Virus record (IMG/VR): IMGVR_UViG_3300030102_006934
Span: 186,001 to 250,000 of that record
DNA length: 64,000 nucleotides
Reading direction: 5' to 3' (one strand)
The position numbers and the translations under genes were made by a program. The notes beneath the pieces were generated by a model that was not told the DNA's origin, did not search any database, and worked only from the letters and a program-made list of their open reading frames with translations. Shown piece after piece: positions 9,801 to 19,136 of the stretch. Every line of letters begins with the position of its first letter. Position 1 is the first letter of the stretch.

Positions 9801-11505
9801 TACAATCAATGATTCGATTACTGATGAAAGAAACAAAAGAACAACGGCAGATAACGCTTTAGAGTCTAAGATTAATTCTGATATCTCTACTGAAAAGTTA
9901 GCTAGAGAAACTGCTGACCAATCATTAGTAACTAAGATTGATTCTGATATCTCTACTGAGAAATTAGCTAGAGAAACTGCGGACAATTCATTAGAAGCTA
10001 AGATTGATTCTGATATCTCTACTGAGAAATTAGCTAGAGAAACTGCGGACAATTCATTAGTAACTAAGATTGACACAGATATGTCAAACGAAGTTGTAGC
10101 TAGAGAAACATTAGAAAAAACTTTAGATGCTAAGATTGATTCTGAGATCTCTACTGAGAAATTAGCTAGAGAAACTGCTGACCAATCACTAACAACTAAG
10201 ATTGATACAGATATGTCAAACGAAGTTGTAGCTAGAGAAGCATTAGAAAAGAACTTAGAGTCTAAGATTGACACTGAGATCTCTACTGAGAGATTAGCTA
10301 GAGAAACTGCTGATGCTGAATTAAATGGTAAAATCACTGATATAATCTCTAACACAGATGTAACAGCTTTAGATTCATTTAGTGAAGTAAACAACCACTT
10401 GAATAGACTAGAAGATAACCACTTACAATCAATCTCTGTAAATACAGTATCTAATGGTAATGGTGATCTAATAGGTTTATATTCTCAAGCTTGTTTAACT
10501 GGATTTAAACAAGGTACAGTACAAGTCTTTTTAAATGGTCAACTTCTTACTGAAGGGGTAGACTGGCAAGAGGCTGTGGCTTACACTGACTTAAATAGCT
10601 TACCTGGAGAAGGTGTAGCTGTAGGAGCTGTAAAATTACTGTATACTGGTAATGTAAACGATTCTCATGTTATCTACGCTGTAAAACATTCTGATGAAAT
10701 AGTGTATGGTGGAACACCAGTAGCTGAAGAACCTAAAAAGGATGAAGGTCCAGGTTATGAAACACCAGCAGGTCCAGGTTATGGAGCACCAGTAGAAAAA
10801 AATCCCACACCGGGAGCGGGAGCTGAAGTACCTAAAGGTCCAGGTTATGGAACAATAGTTGAGGAACCTAAAAAGGATGAAGGTCTTGGTTATGGATACG
10901 GATATGGATACGGATACGGATACGATTCAGTAAAACCTAAACTTTCAGCGGAAGAGGAAGTAAATCAGTGGATGTCAACGTCAATTAATGATTATAGTAT
11001 GAAACATGGTACTCTTCAAAGAGAACCTAACGCTAAAACTATGTTTGACGGAATCATCGATGCGGTAAACCAATCTAAAGGTTATGAAAACGCCAAAAGA
11101 TGGTTTGGATTCGTAGGTGTTGTACATGAAGCACTATCTGAAGGGTTAGAGCTAGGATACGATTGGGACACTTTCTTTGATTTATTCGCTGAAGCACTAG
11201 GACACCAGTGGAACGGTAGTTGGAGTAACCCAGGTAAGGCGTTAGCCGCGGATTTCTTTAATGTTGTTAACAATAAGGAAATTTTCAGTCCAAAATACGT
11301 GGAACAAGTTGGATCGAAGTGGAATGAGCAAGAGTTAATGAAAACAAATGCACAAAGCTACTTCATGATGACTCAACCTACTACTGGATGGTTTACTCAG
11401 GAAGGTCTAGATTACTGGAAACCAGGTTCGTTATATAAAACTCATATACAAAATACAGAAAGTACATGGGTTGACTTACCGATTCCATTTGATACTAAAG
11501 GATAA
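6886..11505 (+). CDS. Very long coiled-coil fibre protein (11/22-aa repeats) with C-terminal globular domains
   Basis: 22-aa units such as IDTDMSNEVVAREAADSSLTTK; three neck-like interruptions; VFLNGQLLTEGVDW module; GPGY/GY linker; aromatic tip domain. Confidence 0.8.
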   Translation: MANTKIVLNRQSDLILNNAKIVDPSGIVKGDLPGLVDDLANLNAADLTEASFRVAKDNSLEAKIDSDVSSARQQLNSAREAGDNSLEAKINADVSTEKAAREAGDLSLTTKVDADVDAEKSARKSADLSLETKVNVDISTEKLARETDVSNEKAAREAGDLSLTTKVDADVSTEKAAREAADLSLTTLVETEMSNEVAAREAGDLSLTTKVDADVSSEKSEREAAVTAEASARVAGDTLLQSNIDTFESRHDSEMSSEISAREAADLAEASSRLAADTILQSNLDTEEAERLADVSTLQLNIDNESSRAQVQEVANADAIAAETSNRIVDVNAEEARAIAAEGSLDTKLGVEENARIAGDANLQSNIDVEKGRIDAILSASTADADSFAEIVQLINAVDTENDNAFASYVLSNDAALSTAIANSEDADEEIESSLSSEVARAEAAESSLDVALAGEASARLAADQAHDAAISQEIVDRTAGDQALQNSLNNEISDRVVADQTQAANLSTEVARAEAAESSLDTALVNEVSSRIADVNAEEARAIAAEGSLVIKIDSDIASEASTRLAADISLTTKVDTEMSSEASSRVAGDNSLEAKIDSDMSSETSSRVAGDNSLEAKIDSDMSTEKLARETADSDEAAARVAGDNSLEAKVNTDISTEKLARETADSSLTTKIDTDMSNEVVAREAADSSLTTKIDVDMSNEVVAREAADSTEAAARVAGDNSLEAKIDADISTEKLARETADNSLEAKIDTDMSNEVVARETADQSLVTKIDTDMSNEVVAREAGDNSLEAKIDADMSDEVVAREAGDNSLEAKIDVSISNEVVARETADSSLTTKIDSDISTEKAARETADSSLVTKIDTDMSNEVVAREAEDKALEAKIDSDISTEKAAREAADLSLTTKIDTDMSNEVVDRKAEDDALEAKINVEKGRIDTILDGSTVDLDQFKEVVSFVEEIDLENDANLLAAVNTINDSITDERNKRTTADNALESKINSDISTEKLARETADQSLVTKIDSDISTEKLARETADNSLEAKIDSDISTEKLARETADNSLVTKIDTDMSNEVVARETLEKTLDAKIDSEISTEKLARETADQSLTTKIDTDMSNEVVAREALEKNLESKIDTEISTERLARETADAELNGKITDIISNTDVTALDSFSEVNNHLNRLEDNHLQSISVNTVSNGNGDLIGLYSQACLTGFKQGTVQVFLNGQLLTEGVDWQEAVAYTDLNSLPGEGVAVGAVKLLYTGNVNDSHVIYAVKHSDEIVYGGTPVAEEPKKDEGPGYETPAGPGYGAPVEKNPTPGAGAEVPKGPGYGTIVEEPKKDEGLGYGYGYGYGYGYDSVKPKLSAEEEVNQWMSTSINDYSMKHGTLQREPNAKTMFDGIIDAVNQSKGYENAKRWFGFVGVVHEALSEGLELGYDWDTFFDLFAEALGHQWNGSWSNPGKALAADFFNVVNNKEIFSPKYVEQVGSKWNEQELMKTNAQSYFMMTQPTTGWFTQEGLDYWKPGSLYKTHIQNTESTWVDLPIPFDTKG
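7040..10320 (+). repeat. 66-nt (22-aa) degenerate coding repeat array
   Basis: Recurrent gctagagaa(a/g)ctg...tcatta...ctaagattga units. Confidence 0.9.
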
Positions 11506-11561
11506 GGTAAATGAAACGTTAGTTTTTAATGTAATTATATTGTATAATTTACAACAAATGG

Positions 11562-11594
11562 TATGGGGGTGTGTAAACACCCCCATATTTATTT
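11562..11594 (+). terminator. Rho-independent terminator after the fibre gene
   Basis: TATGGGGGTGT-GTAA-ACACCCCCATA followed by TTTATTT. Confidence 0.8.
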
Positions 11595-11639
11595 ACCATT
11601 ACTAATTTAATAAATATTTATTGTTAAACACTTATAGAT

Positions 11640-12758
11640 ATGTCTACTCAAAAAGAAAATAAAATGAACCTTTTAATATGGACTAGAACTGGGGAAAGTC
11701 TAAAAATAATAAATGAGTCTTTGGAAAAAGAATTTAAAGAAAAATATAACCTTTTAAATTATACTAAAAGGGGTGATATATTGTTAATGCACCACATTCA
11801 TTTAGACGATTTATCTAAATTCAGTAGAAGAATACTTATTCAACCAATGGACGGAACTGTTATACATCCACATATTATAGAAAAAATTAATAATTTTCAT
11901 TACATAGTTACACCATCTAATATTGGTAAAGAATTATTAGAAAACAATGGAGTTACTAAGCCTATTAAAGTAATACCTAATTATTATGATGATAACTTAT
12001 TGGGTGATGACAATGGTTTCTTTTCTAGTTTATTTAATGAAAAAAAATATACTTTCTATACAGAATCTACTGCTACACATAGAAAGAATATTAATAGGAC
12101 ATTAAGAAATTTTTTAAAAGAATTTACTGAAAAAGATAATGTTAGGTTAGTGATAAAATTAAATGAGGTATCAAAAAGTAGAGTTTCAGTACTTAAAAAA
12201 CTATTAAAAAAATACCCAAATCACCCAGAAGTAATTATTATAAATAAAAAGTTACCTAAAGAATATCTATACTCAATAAAAAAAGGTATAGATTGTTATA
12301 TTTGTTTATCGTATATGGAAGGATTTTGTATTCCATTATTAGATGCTGTAGTGTTAAAAAAAGATATAATTACTTTAGATACTAAAATCAGTGGTTATAG
12401 GGATTTTATAAATAAAGATAACTCTATTTTATTACCAGTGAAAGAGATATCTACGTTTTTATCTCCAGGAGATGAATGGATTTATTCGAAAAATTCCAAA
12501 TGGGAGAACGTTGATTATGTCGAATATAGAAAAGCTTTAAGGACTGCATTTAATGGTGAATATACTTTCAATAAAAATCAAGACTATAGTCAATATAGTC
12601 AAAAAAATGTTATGAGCCAATACAATGAACTACTAGATGTTGTTTCCAATGAAGTACTAGAAAGGGAAATGAAAATTAAAGAATTAGCACAACTTAGATA
12701 TGATGAACATTTTAGTAAGTTTAGAATGAATCCTAATTTAAATAGAAGAATAGATTAA
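11640..12758 (+). CDS. GT-B glycosyltransferase (GT4-like)
   Basis: IVTPS, VIPNY, HRKNI and SYMEGFCIPLLDA (E-x7-D variant of the EX7E motif). Confidence 0.8.
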   Translation: MSTQKENKMNLLIWTRTGESLKIINESLEKEFKEKYNLLNYTKRGDILLMHHIHLDDLSKFSRRILIQPMDGTVIHPHIIEKINNFHYIVTPSNIGKELLENNGVTKPIKVIPNYYDDNLLGDDNGFFSSLFNEKKYTFYTESTATHRKNINRTLRNFLKEFTEKDNVRLVIKLNEVSKSRVSVLKKLLKKYPNHPEVIIINKKLPKEYLYSIKKGIDCYICLSYMEGFCIPLLDAVVLKKDIITLDTKISGYRDFINKDNSILLPVKEISTFLSPGDEWIYSKNSKWENVDYVEYRKALRTAFNGEYTFNKNQDYSQYSQKNVMSQYNELLDVVSNEVLEREMKIKELAQLRYDEHFSKFRMNPNLNRRID

Positions 12759-13573
12759 TTAAACACTCTTTTACCGTACCAAAGTTGGTGGTAGTGTGTA
12801 TTACCTCCATCGTATAATAAACTTTGGTGGTTATCAATTTTAGGTTTTCCTATTATTTCACCATTCCTTTCGTCAAAAATCATTTTTCTACCTATTTCAT
12901 CGAGTCTATAGTCTAAAATTAAAGAATCATTATTTTCTTTTAATCTAATCTCTTTTGGTGTATTACTTTTGTAAGTTTTAAGATTAATAGTAGTACCTTT
13001 AAAAACCCCCATAAACGCCTGACCTAAAGCTACTGGACCAGTTATACCCAAAGTAGAGTGAGTATAATTTTCTTCTTCTATATTTTTTTTAGCTATTTCC
13101 GTTACTCGATATACTACGGGGTCTAATGGTTTTACACACATTAATGCATTATATAAACCTAATTTATCACTCAAACTATCCCTACATAAAACCCTGTCAA
13201 AACCACTACATATATTATTATATGGTACATATATTTCTTGTGTCATATCACCATAACATCCCCCATATTTGTAGAGTAATAAGTACCTAAATAAATCGGC
13301 TTTGTAAGCAGTAGGTATTAATTTATTGTAGTGTAGTAAGTAACTGGGGTTAAAATCTTTAATGAAATTATAACAATCATCGTTATCAAAATAAACAAAA
13401 TCATAATCAGGGTTTAACTTAATGGTATCTTTGTAAACCCCCATAACTACGTTAGGTATATCTTCTATTGCCCACTTACCAGTTCTAAAAATTATTTTAG
13501 GTATCTCGTCAACAAATATATCTACTTTGTCATATTTTTTGATGAACTGTCTATATGTTATTAAACCTGACAT
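12755..13573 (-). CDS. GT32/OCH1-like glycosyltransferase (DxT variant)
   Basis: IPKIIF, AYKADLFRYLLLYKYGGCYGDMT, ITGP. Confidence 0.8.
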   Translation of the reverse strand: MSGLITYRQFIKKYDKVDIFVDEIPKIIFRTGKWAIEDIPNVVMGVYKDTIKLNPDYDFVYFDNDDCYNFIKDFNPSYLLHYNKLIPTAYKADLFRYLLLYKYGGCYGDMTQEIYVPYNNICSGFDRVLCRDSLSDKLGLYNALMCVKPLDPVVYRVTEIAKKNIEEENYTHSTLGITGPVALGQAFMGVFKGTTINLKTYKSNTPKEIRLKENNDSLILDYRLDEIGRKMIFDERNGEIIGKPKIDNHQSLLYDGGNTHYHQLWYGKRVFN

Positions 13574-14751
13574 TCATCGTACAAATTAGTTTTATAATTA
13601 TATACCATTTCACTATTTCCACCTTTCCATAAATTTTCTATTAAAGTATCGTAAGCTTCTATTATGTTTTCATTTTCAGTGTGGTATCTTTGTAACACTA
13701 AATCATTTTTCTCATTGTATGAATCTAAATTTTTATCATGATTCTCTAATATGTACGATAACATTTTAGCTCCCTCTATTGTGTCAGAACCTTCGTAATA
13801 ATAACCTAAGTCAGCACACATATAAGCGTTGTGTAAGACGGGATAACCTAAATAAACGGCATCTAAATAAAGGTAGTTTAATGGGTTTAAAATTTGATGG
13901 CATACTAATATATCTAGGTGTTGTGTTAGAACATACGCTGTCTGATATCTAGCTTCGGCAGATATTTTATCGTCCTTAAAAAGGTCAAAAGTTTTTATAA
14001 ATGACATAAAGAGTTTATCTTCTTTAAGTTTAGTAGCATTTGTTATTCTCAATTTATCTATATAATTCTTACCAACCAGACCACGATAACATTCCTCGAC
14101 TATCATAGTTGGTATTAAACAAAATTTTACGATATTTAAATTGGGTTCCATTATACCTATAATTTTCTTTTCTTTAGTATTATCGTATTGCCAACCTTTT
14201 TTATATATATTTTTTCTAAAACCAGACTCTATTTCAACAGTTTTTTCATGTAGGAATTTTTGGTTCCATAAAAAGGGTACCATTAAAGCATTCGTTCTAT
14301 GTAAAGTTTTATAATAACCGTTATTAACTTCATGTTGTTGCGGTACATACCATAATTCATCTAATTCTTGTTCAAACTCACCAGTATTACTACCTTCACT
14401 AAATAATATTTCTTCCATGGATAAAACATAGTTATTACCACATTTATATGAAACAACCTTTTTGTCACCACTTTCTCTGAATTTTTTTAAATCACTATCC
14501 AACATTTGGCCACCCATAGATATAATTAAATCCATTTCCATAAATTTGTTTTTAACATAAAAAATATCAATATCTTTTAAGTAGTATGGTTTTTTCGTGA
14601 AATCAACGTCAAATATGTTCAATATACATATTTCATATTTTTTTTTGGATCTTTTAAGTAGGTCCACTAACATTAGGACATTCTGTTTGATTCCGTTTGT
14701 CCAAATTGATTCGTCATTAGTTTTTAATCCTAAAGTTATACCTATTTTCAT
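13561..14751 (-). CDS. DUF2827-family protein (putative GT-B fold)
   Basis: MKIGIT..SIWTNGIKQN, GIMEPNLNIVK, HQILNPLNYLYLD, GYPVLHN, LGYYY. Confidence 0.75.
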   Translation of the reverse strand: MKIGITLGLKTNDESIWTNGIKQNVLMLVDLLKRSKKKYEICILNIFDVDFTKKPYYLKDIDIFYVKNKFMEMDLIISMGGQMLDSDLKKFRESGDKKVVSYKCGNNYVLSMEEILFSEGSNTGEFEQELDELWYVPQQHEVNNGYYKTLHRTNALMVPFLWNQKFLHEKTVEIESGFRKNIYKKGWQYDNTKEKKIIGIMEPNLNIVKFCLIPTMIVEECYRGLVGKNYIDKLRITNATKLKEDKLFMSFIKTFDLFKDDKISAEARYQTAYVLTQHLDILVCHQILNPLNYLYLDAVYLGYPVLHNAYMCADLGYYYEGSDTIEGAKMLSYILENHDKNLDSYNEKNDLVLQRYHTENENIIEAYDTLIENLWKGGNSEMVYNYKTNLYDECQV

Positions 14752-14774
14752 TTTTTAAATATTATTTTATTTGG

Positions 14775-15326
14775 TTATCTATTATTATTGCAAAATCTTA
14801 TAAATCTATCTACTATTTCTTTTTTCTCCCCCTCTGTTTTTGAATTTATCCAAATCCATATAAAAGATTCTTCTATCTTCTTAATTTCAGACTTTTTAAT
14901 TTCTATAAGTTTGTTGAACAAATCTAGTTCTAAATCAGATACCTCGACATCGATATCCAATTTTTCACAAATGATATATAACTCCAAAACATCATTTAAA
15001 TTATTAGCTCTCGTAGCTTCTAAATAATAATTATTTAATACCCCTGAATTTACTTTATCGGGGTGAGTTTGTTTAACAATTTCTCTATATATTTTTTTTA
15101 TTTTACTTTTGGTTTGGTTTGGTATATTTTCGTTTTTTATTTTAACCTCTTCTTTCTTAATAGGACCATTCTCCTGATTATCTTTTTTTTCCTTAGTGAA
15201 AGTTTCCTTTAGGAATTCTTCTCGATACTCATCTACCATATTATTCTTTAATTCATAATCGGTATTTAACAAGTTATACTCTTGTATTATTCTTTGTATT
15301 TGTAATTTTTTTATTTTATAGTTCAC
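14775..15326 (-). CDS. J-domain (DnaJ-like) protein
   Basis: IKKIYREIVKQTHPDK contains the HPD motif; GTG start. Confidence 0.7.
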   Translation of the reverse strand: MNYKIKKLQIQRIIQEYNLLNTDYELKNNMVDEYREEFLKETFTKEKKDNQENGPIKKEEVKIKNENIPNQTKSKIKKIYREIVKQTHPDKVNSGVLNNYYLEATRANNLNDVLELYIICEKLDIDVEVSDLELDLFNKLIEIKKSEIKKIEESFIWIWINSKTEGEKKEIVDRFIRFCNNNR

Positions 15327-15401
15327 GTCTATAAATATTTTAATAAAACTGAATATTCATTTTTTTTTAGATATTTATAGTATATATAAAAACAAATTAA
15401 A

Positions 15402-16034
15402 ATGGTAGAATTTAAATACGCTTGTCCCATAGGTAATTATTGTTTTTCAGCGGCTTTACTTAACATGATAAAGTCTAGGGAGATGGCCCTCCCCTTTGAT
15501 TGGTTATTTACTACACCAAAATTTACTACAGAAATATTAAAAAATGACTTCCAAGATTTTTTAGATCCTAAATATTATACAGATATAGCATTAAACGAAC
15601 CAGATAATGAAAGACAAGCGGGTCACACTTTGTATCATGAAAACTTTTTTAACCACAAAGATCCAAGACAAAAATTAGACTATGATTACTATGTTAGATG
15701 TGTTGATAGGTTTAGGGAATTCATAAAATTAAAGGGTAAAAAGTTATTTATATGTTCTTACAAAAATTTAGAAAGTAAGATGGATGATTCGGTAATGTCT
15801 GAGATTTTCGAATTAAACAAAACATTATCAGATATAACTCAAGATCACCACCTTTTATGTCATATTAATTACCCAAATAATGAAGATTTAAAACATGAAA
15901 TAACAAAAATGGGTAATATTACTTTTTTTGAATTGTACACAAAAGAGAATAATCATGGTTTAGGGTACGCTAACAATGAAGATAACGAATGCTTTTTTGA
16001 AGTATTTAATAGTTTGTTTAAACATAAAAAATGA
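15402..16034 (+). CDS. DUF1796-like (putative papain-like) protein
   Basis: CPIGNYC...ALPFDW...FNH...YYVRCVDRF. Confidence 0.65.
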   Translation: MVEFKYACPIGNYCFSAALLNMIKSREMALPFDWLFTTPKFTTEILKNDFQDFLDPKYYTDIALNEPDNERQAGHTLYHENFFNHKDPRQKLDYDYYVRCVDRFREFIKLKGKKLFICSYKNLESKMDDSVMSEIFELNKTLSDITQDHHLLCHINYPNNEDLKHEITKMGNITFFELYTKENNHGLGYANNEDNECFFEVFNSLFKHKK

Positions 16035-16762
16035 TACCAAAAATAATATATAAAACTGGTCCTTTTGAAAAATCAAATTTACCCAATGAAATAGAAACTA
16101 TTTTCAATAAAACCATAAAAGACAATCCAGAATGTGAATTAGTTTATTTTGATGACGTACAGTGTTTGGAATTTATTACAAAAAATTTTAATAGTAGAAT
16201 TTTAAAAACTTATAATTCATTAGTACCTACAGCTTACAAAGCAGATTTATTTAGATATTGTGTGCTTTACCAAAAAGGTGGGATTTGGAGTGACTTAACT
16301 CAGACATTTATTGAACCTATAAATAGTTTTATAGACTTTGAAAAAGATGATTTTATACTAGTTGAGGGTGGTTACATTCCTTGTGCTGAAAAAAGGGGGG
16401 TTGAGATAGCTTTTATGGCCTCTAAACCTAAAAATGAAATTTATTTAAAAGCAATAGAACAAATAATAAAAAACGTAGAATCTAATTATTATGGGTGTAG
16501 TTCATTTAACCCAACGGGACCCATTATGTTTAGGGAATTAATAGAGTCTGGTGGTGTCACTTATAAATTAGGTTTTAAATTTGAGAGACTTGATGATAAC
16601 TCTAGTAACAATGACTTTATTTGTTACGAAAATAGGTTTAACGGTGATAAGAAAATAATCATAAAAACTAGAACTATTAACCATAGTAAATATCTATATT
16701 ACGAAGCAAATAAACCACACTACTCTGAATTACATAGAGATAAAAAAATATACAAAAAATGA
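16031..16762 (+). CDS. GT32-like glycosyltransferase (DxT variant)
   Basis: MIPKIIY, AYKADLFRYCVLYQKGGIWSDLT, TGP; paralogue of 12755-13573. Confidence 0.8.
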   Translation: MIPKIIYKTGPFEKSNLPNEIETIFNKTIKDNPECELVYFDDVQCLEFITKNFNSRILKTYNSLVPTAYKADLFRYCVLYQKGGIWSDLTQTFIEPINSFIDFEKDDFILVEGGYIPCAEKRGVEIAFMASKPKNEIYLKAIEQIIKNVESNYYGCSSFNPTGPIMFRELIESGGVTYKLGFKFERLDDNSSNNDFICYENRFNGDKKIIIKTRTINHSKYLYYEANKPHYSELHRDKKIYKK

Positions 16763-17502
16763 TACCAAAAACAATATTTCAAACACATAAATCCATGACT
16801 TATGTTATGGATAATAATAGGTTATTCGATTGCTACCAATCTTGGGATGTAAAAGGTTATACCCATAAGTTTTTTGATGATAAAAAAGCTGATGATTTTA
16901 TGAAGGAAAATTTTAATGATATATATGAAATTTACCATAATCTACCTCTACCAGTGATGAAAGCTGATCTATGGAGGTATTGTGTTATATACCATTATGG
17001 GGGTATATATGCTGATATGGATACTATATTTATAGGGGATGACTTAGATTCCCTATTTCAAAAAGAATCAGATTTAATTTTAACACCAGAATATCCACGT
17101 AATGAGGCTTTATGTCAGTGGGTTTTTGCGGCACCTAAAGGAAGTCCTTTATTAAAAAGTGTGATTGATGAGTCTGTTAAAAGAATTAAAGAGTGTAATG
17201 ATTTCAAATATGAACACATGGTACATAACTTAACTGGACCTAAAGTTTTTACAGAGTCTATAGAAAACTATTTAAAAGAAAATAATTTAACGGTTTTTGA
17301 TGGAACTGATAAAAATCAGTATGTTAATGAGTATAAAAATAAAGTTATGTATGTACATGACTCTCATTGGTTGTATAATAATCATGTTGAACATGTCTAC
17401 AGTGGCCAATGGGAAGGTGGTTGGATAACTGATGTAAATGAATTTACTGGTATAGAACATATAAAAATAACCTTGGATAAAGAAGGCAAATCTAAAGAAT
17501 AG
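16759..17502 (+). CDS. GT32/OCH1-like glycosyltransferase
   Basis: MIPKTIFQT, KADLWRY..YGGIYADMD, CQW, TGP, H.YSGQW. Confidence 0.85.
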   Translation: MIPKTIFQTHKSMTYVMDNNRLFDCYQSWDVKGYTHKFFDDKKADDFMKENFNDIYEIYHNLPLPVMKADLWRYCVIYHYGGIYADMDTIFIGDDLDSLFQKESDLILTPEYPRNEALCQWVFAAPKGSPLLKSVIDESVKRIKECNDFKYEHMVHNLTGPKVFTESIENYLKENNLTVFDGTDKNQYVNEYKNKVMYVHDSHWLYNNHVEHVYSGQWEGGWITDVNEFTGIEHIKITLDKEGKSKE

Positions 17503-17506
17503 AAAA

Positions 17507-18412
17507 ATGGAGTTACCCAAAAAGATACATTTAACATGTCCTAATAAGAATAAAATAGAAAACCCTATATGGGTGGAGTGTTTAAATAAGTATTATGAAC
17601 TTTATGATGACTATGAAATAATTTTATATGATGACTCTGATATCTATGACATAATTGATGAGTATTACCCACTATTTTTAGAAAAAATTAAAAAAATAAG
17701 TGTCGGAGCTGTTTTATCAGATTTATTTAGATATCTAATACTTTATTTAGAAGGTGGTATTTATTCTGATTTAGATTGTTTACCACTAAAAAAAATAGAC
17801 CCTTTACTAGACGTAAATTATAGATACTTTCATGGAGATGAAAATAGGGGTAATAATTTATTTGTTTATGAAAATAATGAAAACATCATAGATAGTAGGT
17901 GGGATTTTTGTAGTAATGTATGTGATAATAGTGTTGAGTTAGATTATGACCATTATTTAGGGATGAAAACATTAAAATGTTTGGGTCATAATATAGACAT
18001 TAAAAATACATCGACTATTTTATCTTATGAAGTACATAATGATTGGCATCAAGTTGATCAAAATTTACTAAAAAATCAAAAAATTTGTTATAAAAATTTA
18101 GGAATAGCACAATGGTTTATTATAACAGAACCTAAACAAGAAATATTTTTAAAAATGTTTATGTCCTGCATGGATAATTTAGATGACCTAGTAGATATAA
18201 AAAAAAACATGGTTAACGTTAATAGAGATGATTATCATTACAATATTATATCTAAAACTGGTCCACTAGCTTTCACTAAAATGGTGGTTGATAATATGCA
18301 TGATAAAATTAAAATATTACCTTCTGATTTTTTTTGTGGGGGTTCTTGGAAGAAAGTTCCTTTTACAAAAAACTCTTACATATCACATAAATTCACATCT
18401 AGTTGGTTATAA
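17507..18412 (+). CDS. GT32/OCH1-like glycosyltransferase
   Basis: LPKKIH, SDLFRY..EGGIYSDLD, AQW, TGP, HKFTSSW. Confidence 0.85.
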   Translation: MELPKKIHLTCPNKNKIENPIWVECLNKYYELYDDYEIILYDDSDIYDIIDEYYPLFLEKIKKISVGAVLSDLFRYLILYLEGGIYSDLDCLPLKKIDPLLDVNYRYFHGDENRGNNLFVYENNENIIDSRWDFCSNVCDNSVELDYDHYLGMKTLKCLGHNIDIKNTSTILSYEVHNDWHQVDQNLLKNQKICYKNLGIAQWFIITEPKQEIFLKMFMSCMDNLDDLVDIKKNMVNVNRDDYHYNIISKTGPLAFTKMVVDNMHDKIKILPSDFFCGGSWKKVPFTKNSYISHKFTSSWL

Positions 18413-18427
18413 CACTTAATAAAAAAA

Positions 18428-19126
18428 ATGAAAAAAGAAGTGGGTAATAGGGTTATAATTGTTGGTGATAGTCACGCTTTACATGGTTGGGTTGATTTCC
18501 AATCTGATACAAATAAACACACTTATGATGAAAGTAGTGGGTTAGACTTAAATGAACAGTGGGTGGATAATGTATTTATAAAATCACATTCTTTCGCTGG
18601 TACTTTATGTTATACTTTTAATAAAGAAGATTTTGATAGGTTTGATATTCGTAAGTTTGCTATATCTGACGGTGATATTTTAATTTTTAGTTTTGGTGAG
18701 ATAGATTGTAGGTCTCACATACACAAATATATTAATAATGAAAAATCTTACAAAGAAATTATTACACCTATTGTTACTAATTATTTTTCCACTATAAAAA
18801 GAGAAGTAAATAAATTAAATAAAAATTTAAAGAAGATTTGTGTATATAATATTATACCACCGACAGAAAAAAAATATTTAGATATTGCTGGTCATGTGTC
18901 TTGTATTGGTTCGGATGAAGAGAGGAAAAATTACTACCAATACTTTAATAAATTAATTAAAAATAAATGTTTAGAAAATAATTTTATTTTTATTGATGTT
19001 TATAAAGAACATTCAAATGTGAAAGGTTATTTGGATAGGAAATATTCTGATGGTGGTGATTTTGGTGATTTTCACCTAAAAAAATCAGAACATATTTTTA
19101 ATTTTTTAAAAAATAATATACTTTAA
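18428..19126 (+). CDS. SGNH/GDSL hydrolase-like protein (possible sugar acyl esterase/transferase)
   Basis: IVGDSH block I, FGEIDCR, C-terminal D-F-H. Confidence 0.7.
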   Translation: MKKEVGNRVIIVGDSHALHGWVDFQSDTNKHTYDESSGLDLNEQWVDNVFIKSHSFAGTLCYTFNKEDFDRFDIRKFAISDGDILIFSFGEIDCRSHIHKYINNEKSYKEIITPIVTNYFSTIKREVNKLNKNLKKICVYNIIPPTEKKYLDIAGHVSCIGSDEERKNYYQYFNKLIKNKCLENNFIFIDVYKEHSNVKGYLDRKYSDGGDFGDFHLKKSEHIFNFLKNNIL

Positions 19127-19136
19127 ATAAAAAAAA

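Noticed and set aside
7040-10320. 66-nt periodic repeats as a CRISPR array
   Set aside because: In-frame degenerate coding repeats without unique spacers; no cas genes.
6858-10394. Long antisense ORFs (254, 544 and 222 aa) opposite the fibre gene
   Set aside because: Shadow frames created by the repetitive, codon-biased sense gene; Ser/Ala-rich mirror translations with no promoter or start context.
10930-11505. Diversity-generating retroelement target in the fibre tip
   Set aside because: No reverse transcriptase or template/variable repeat pair seen in this window.
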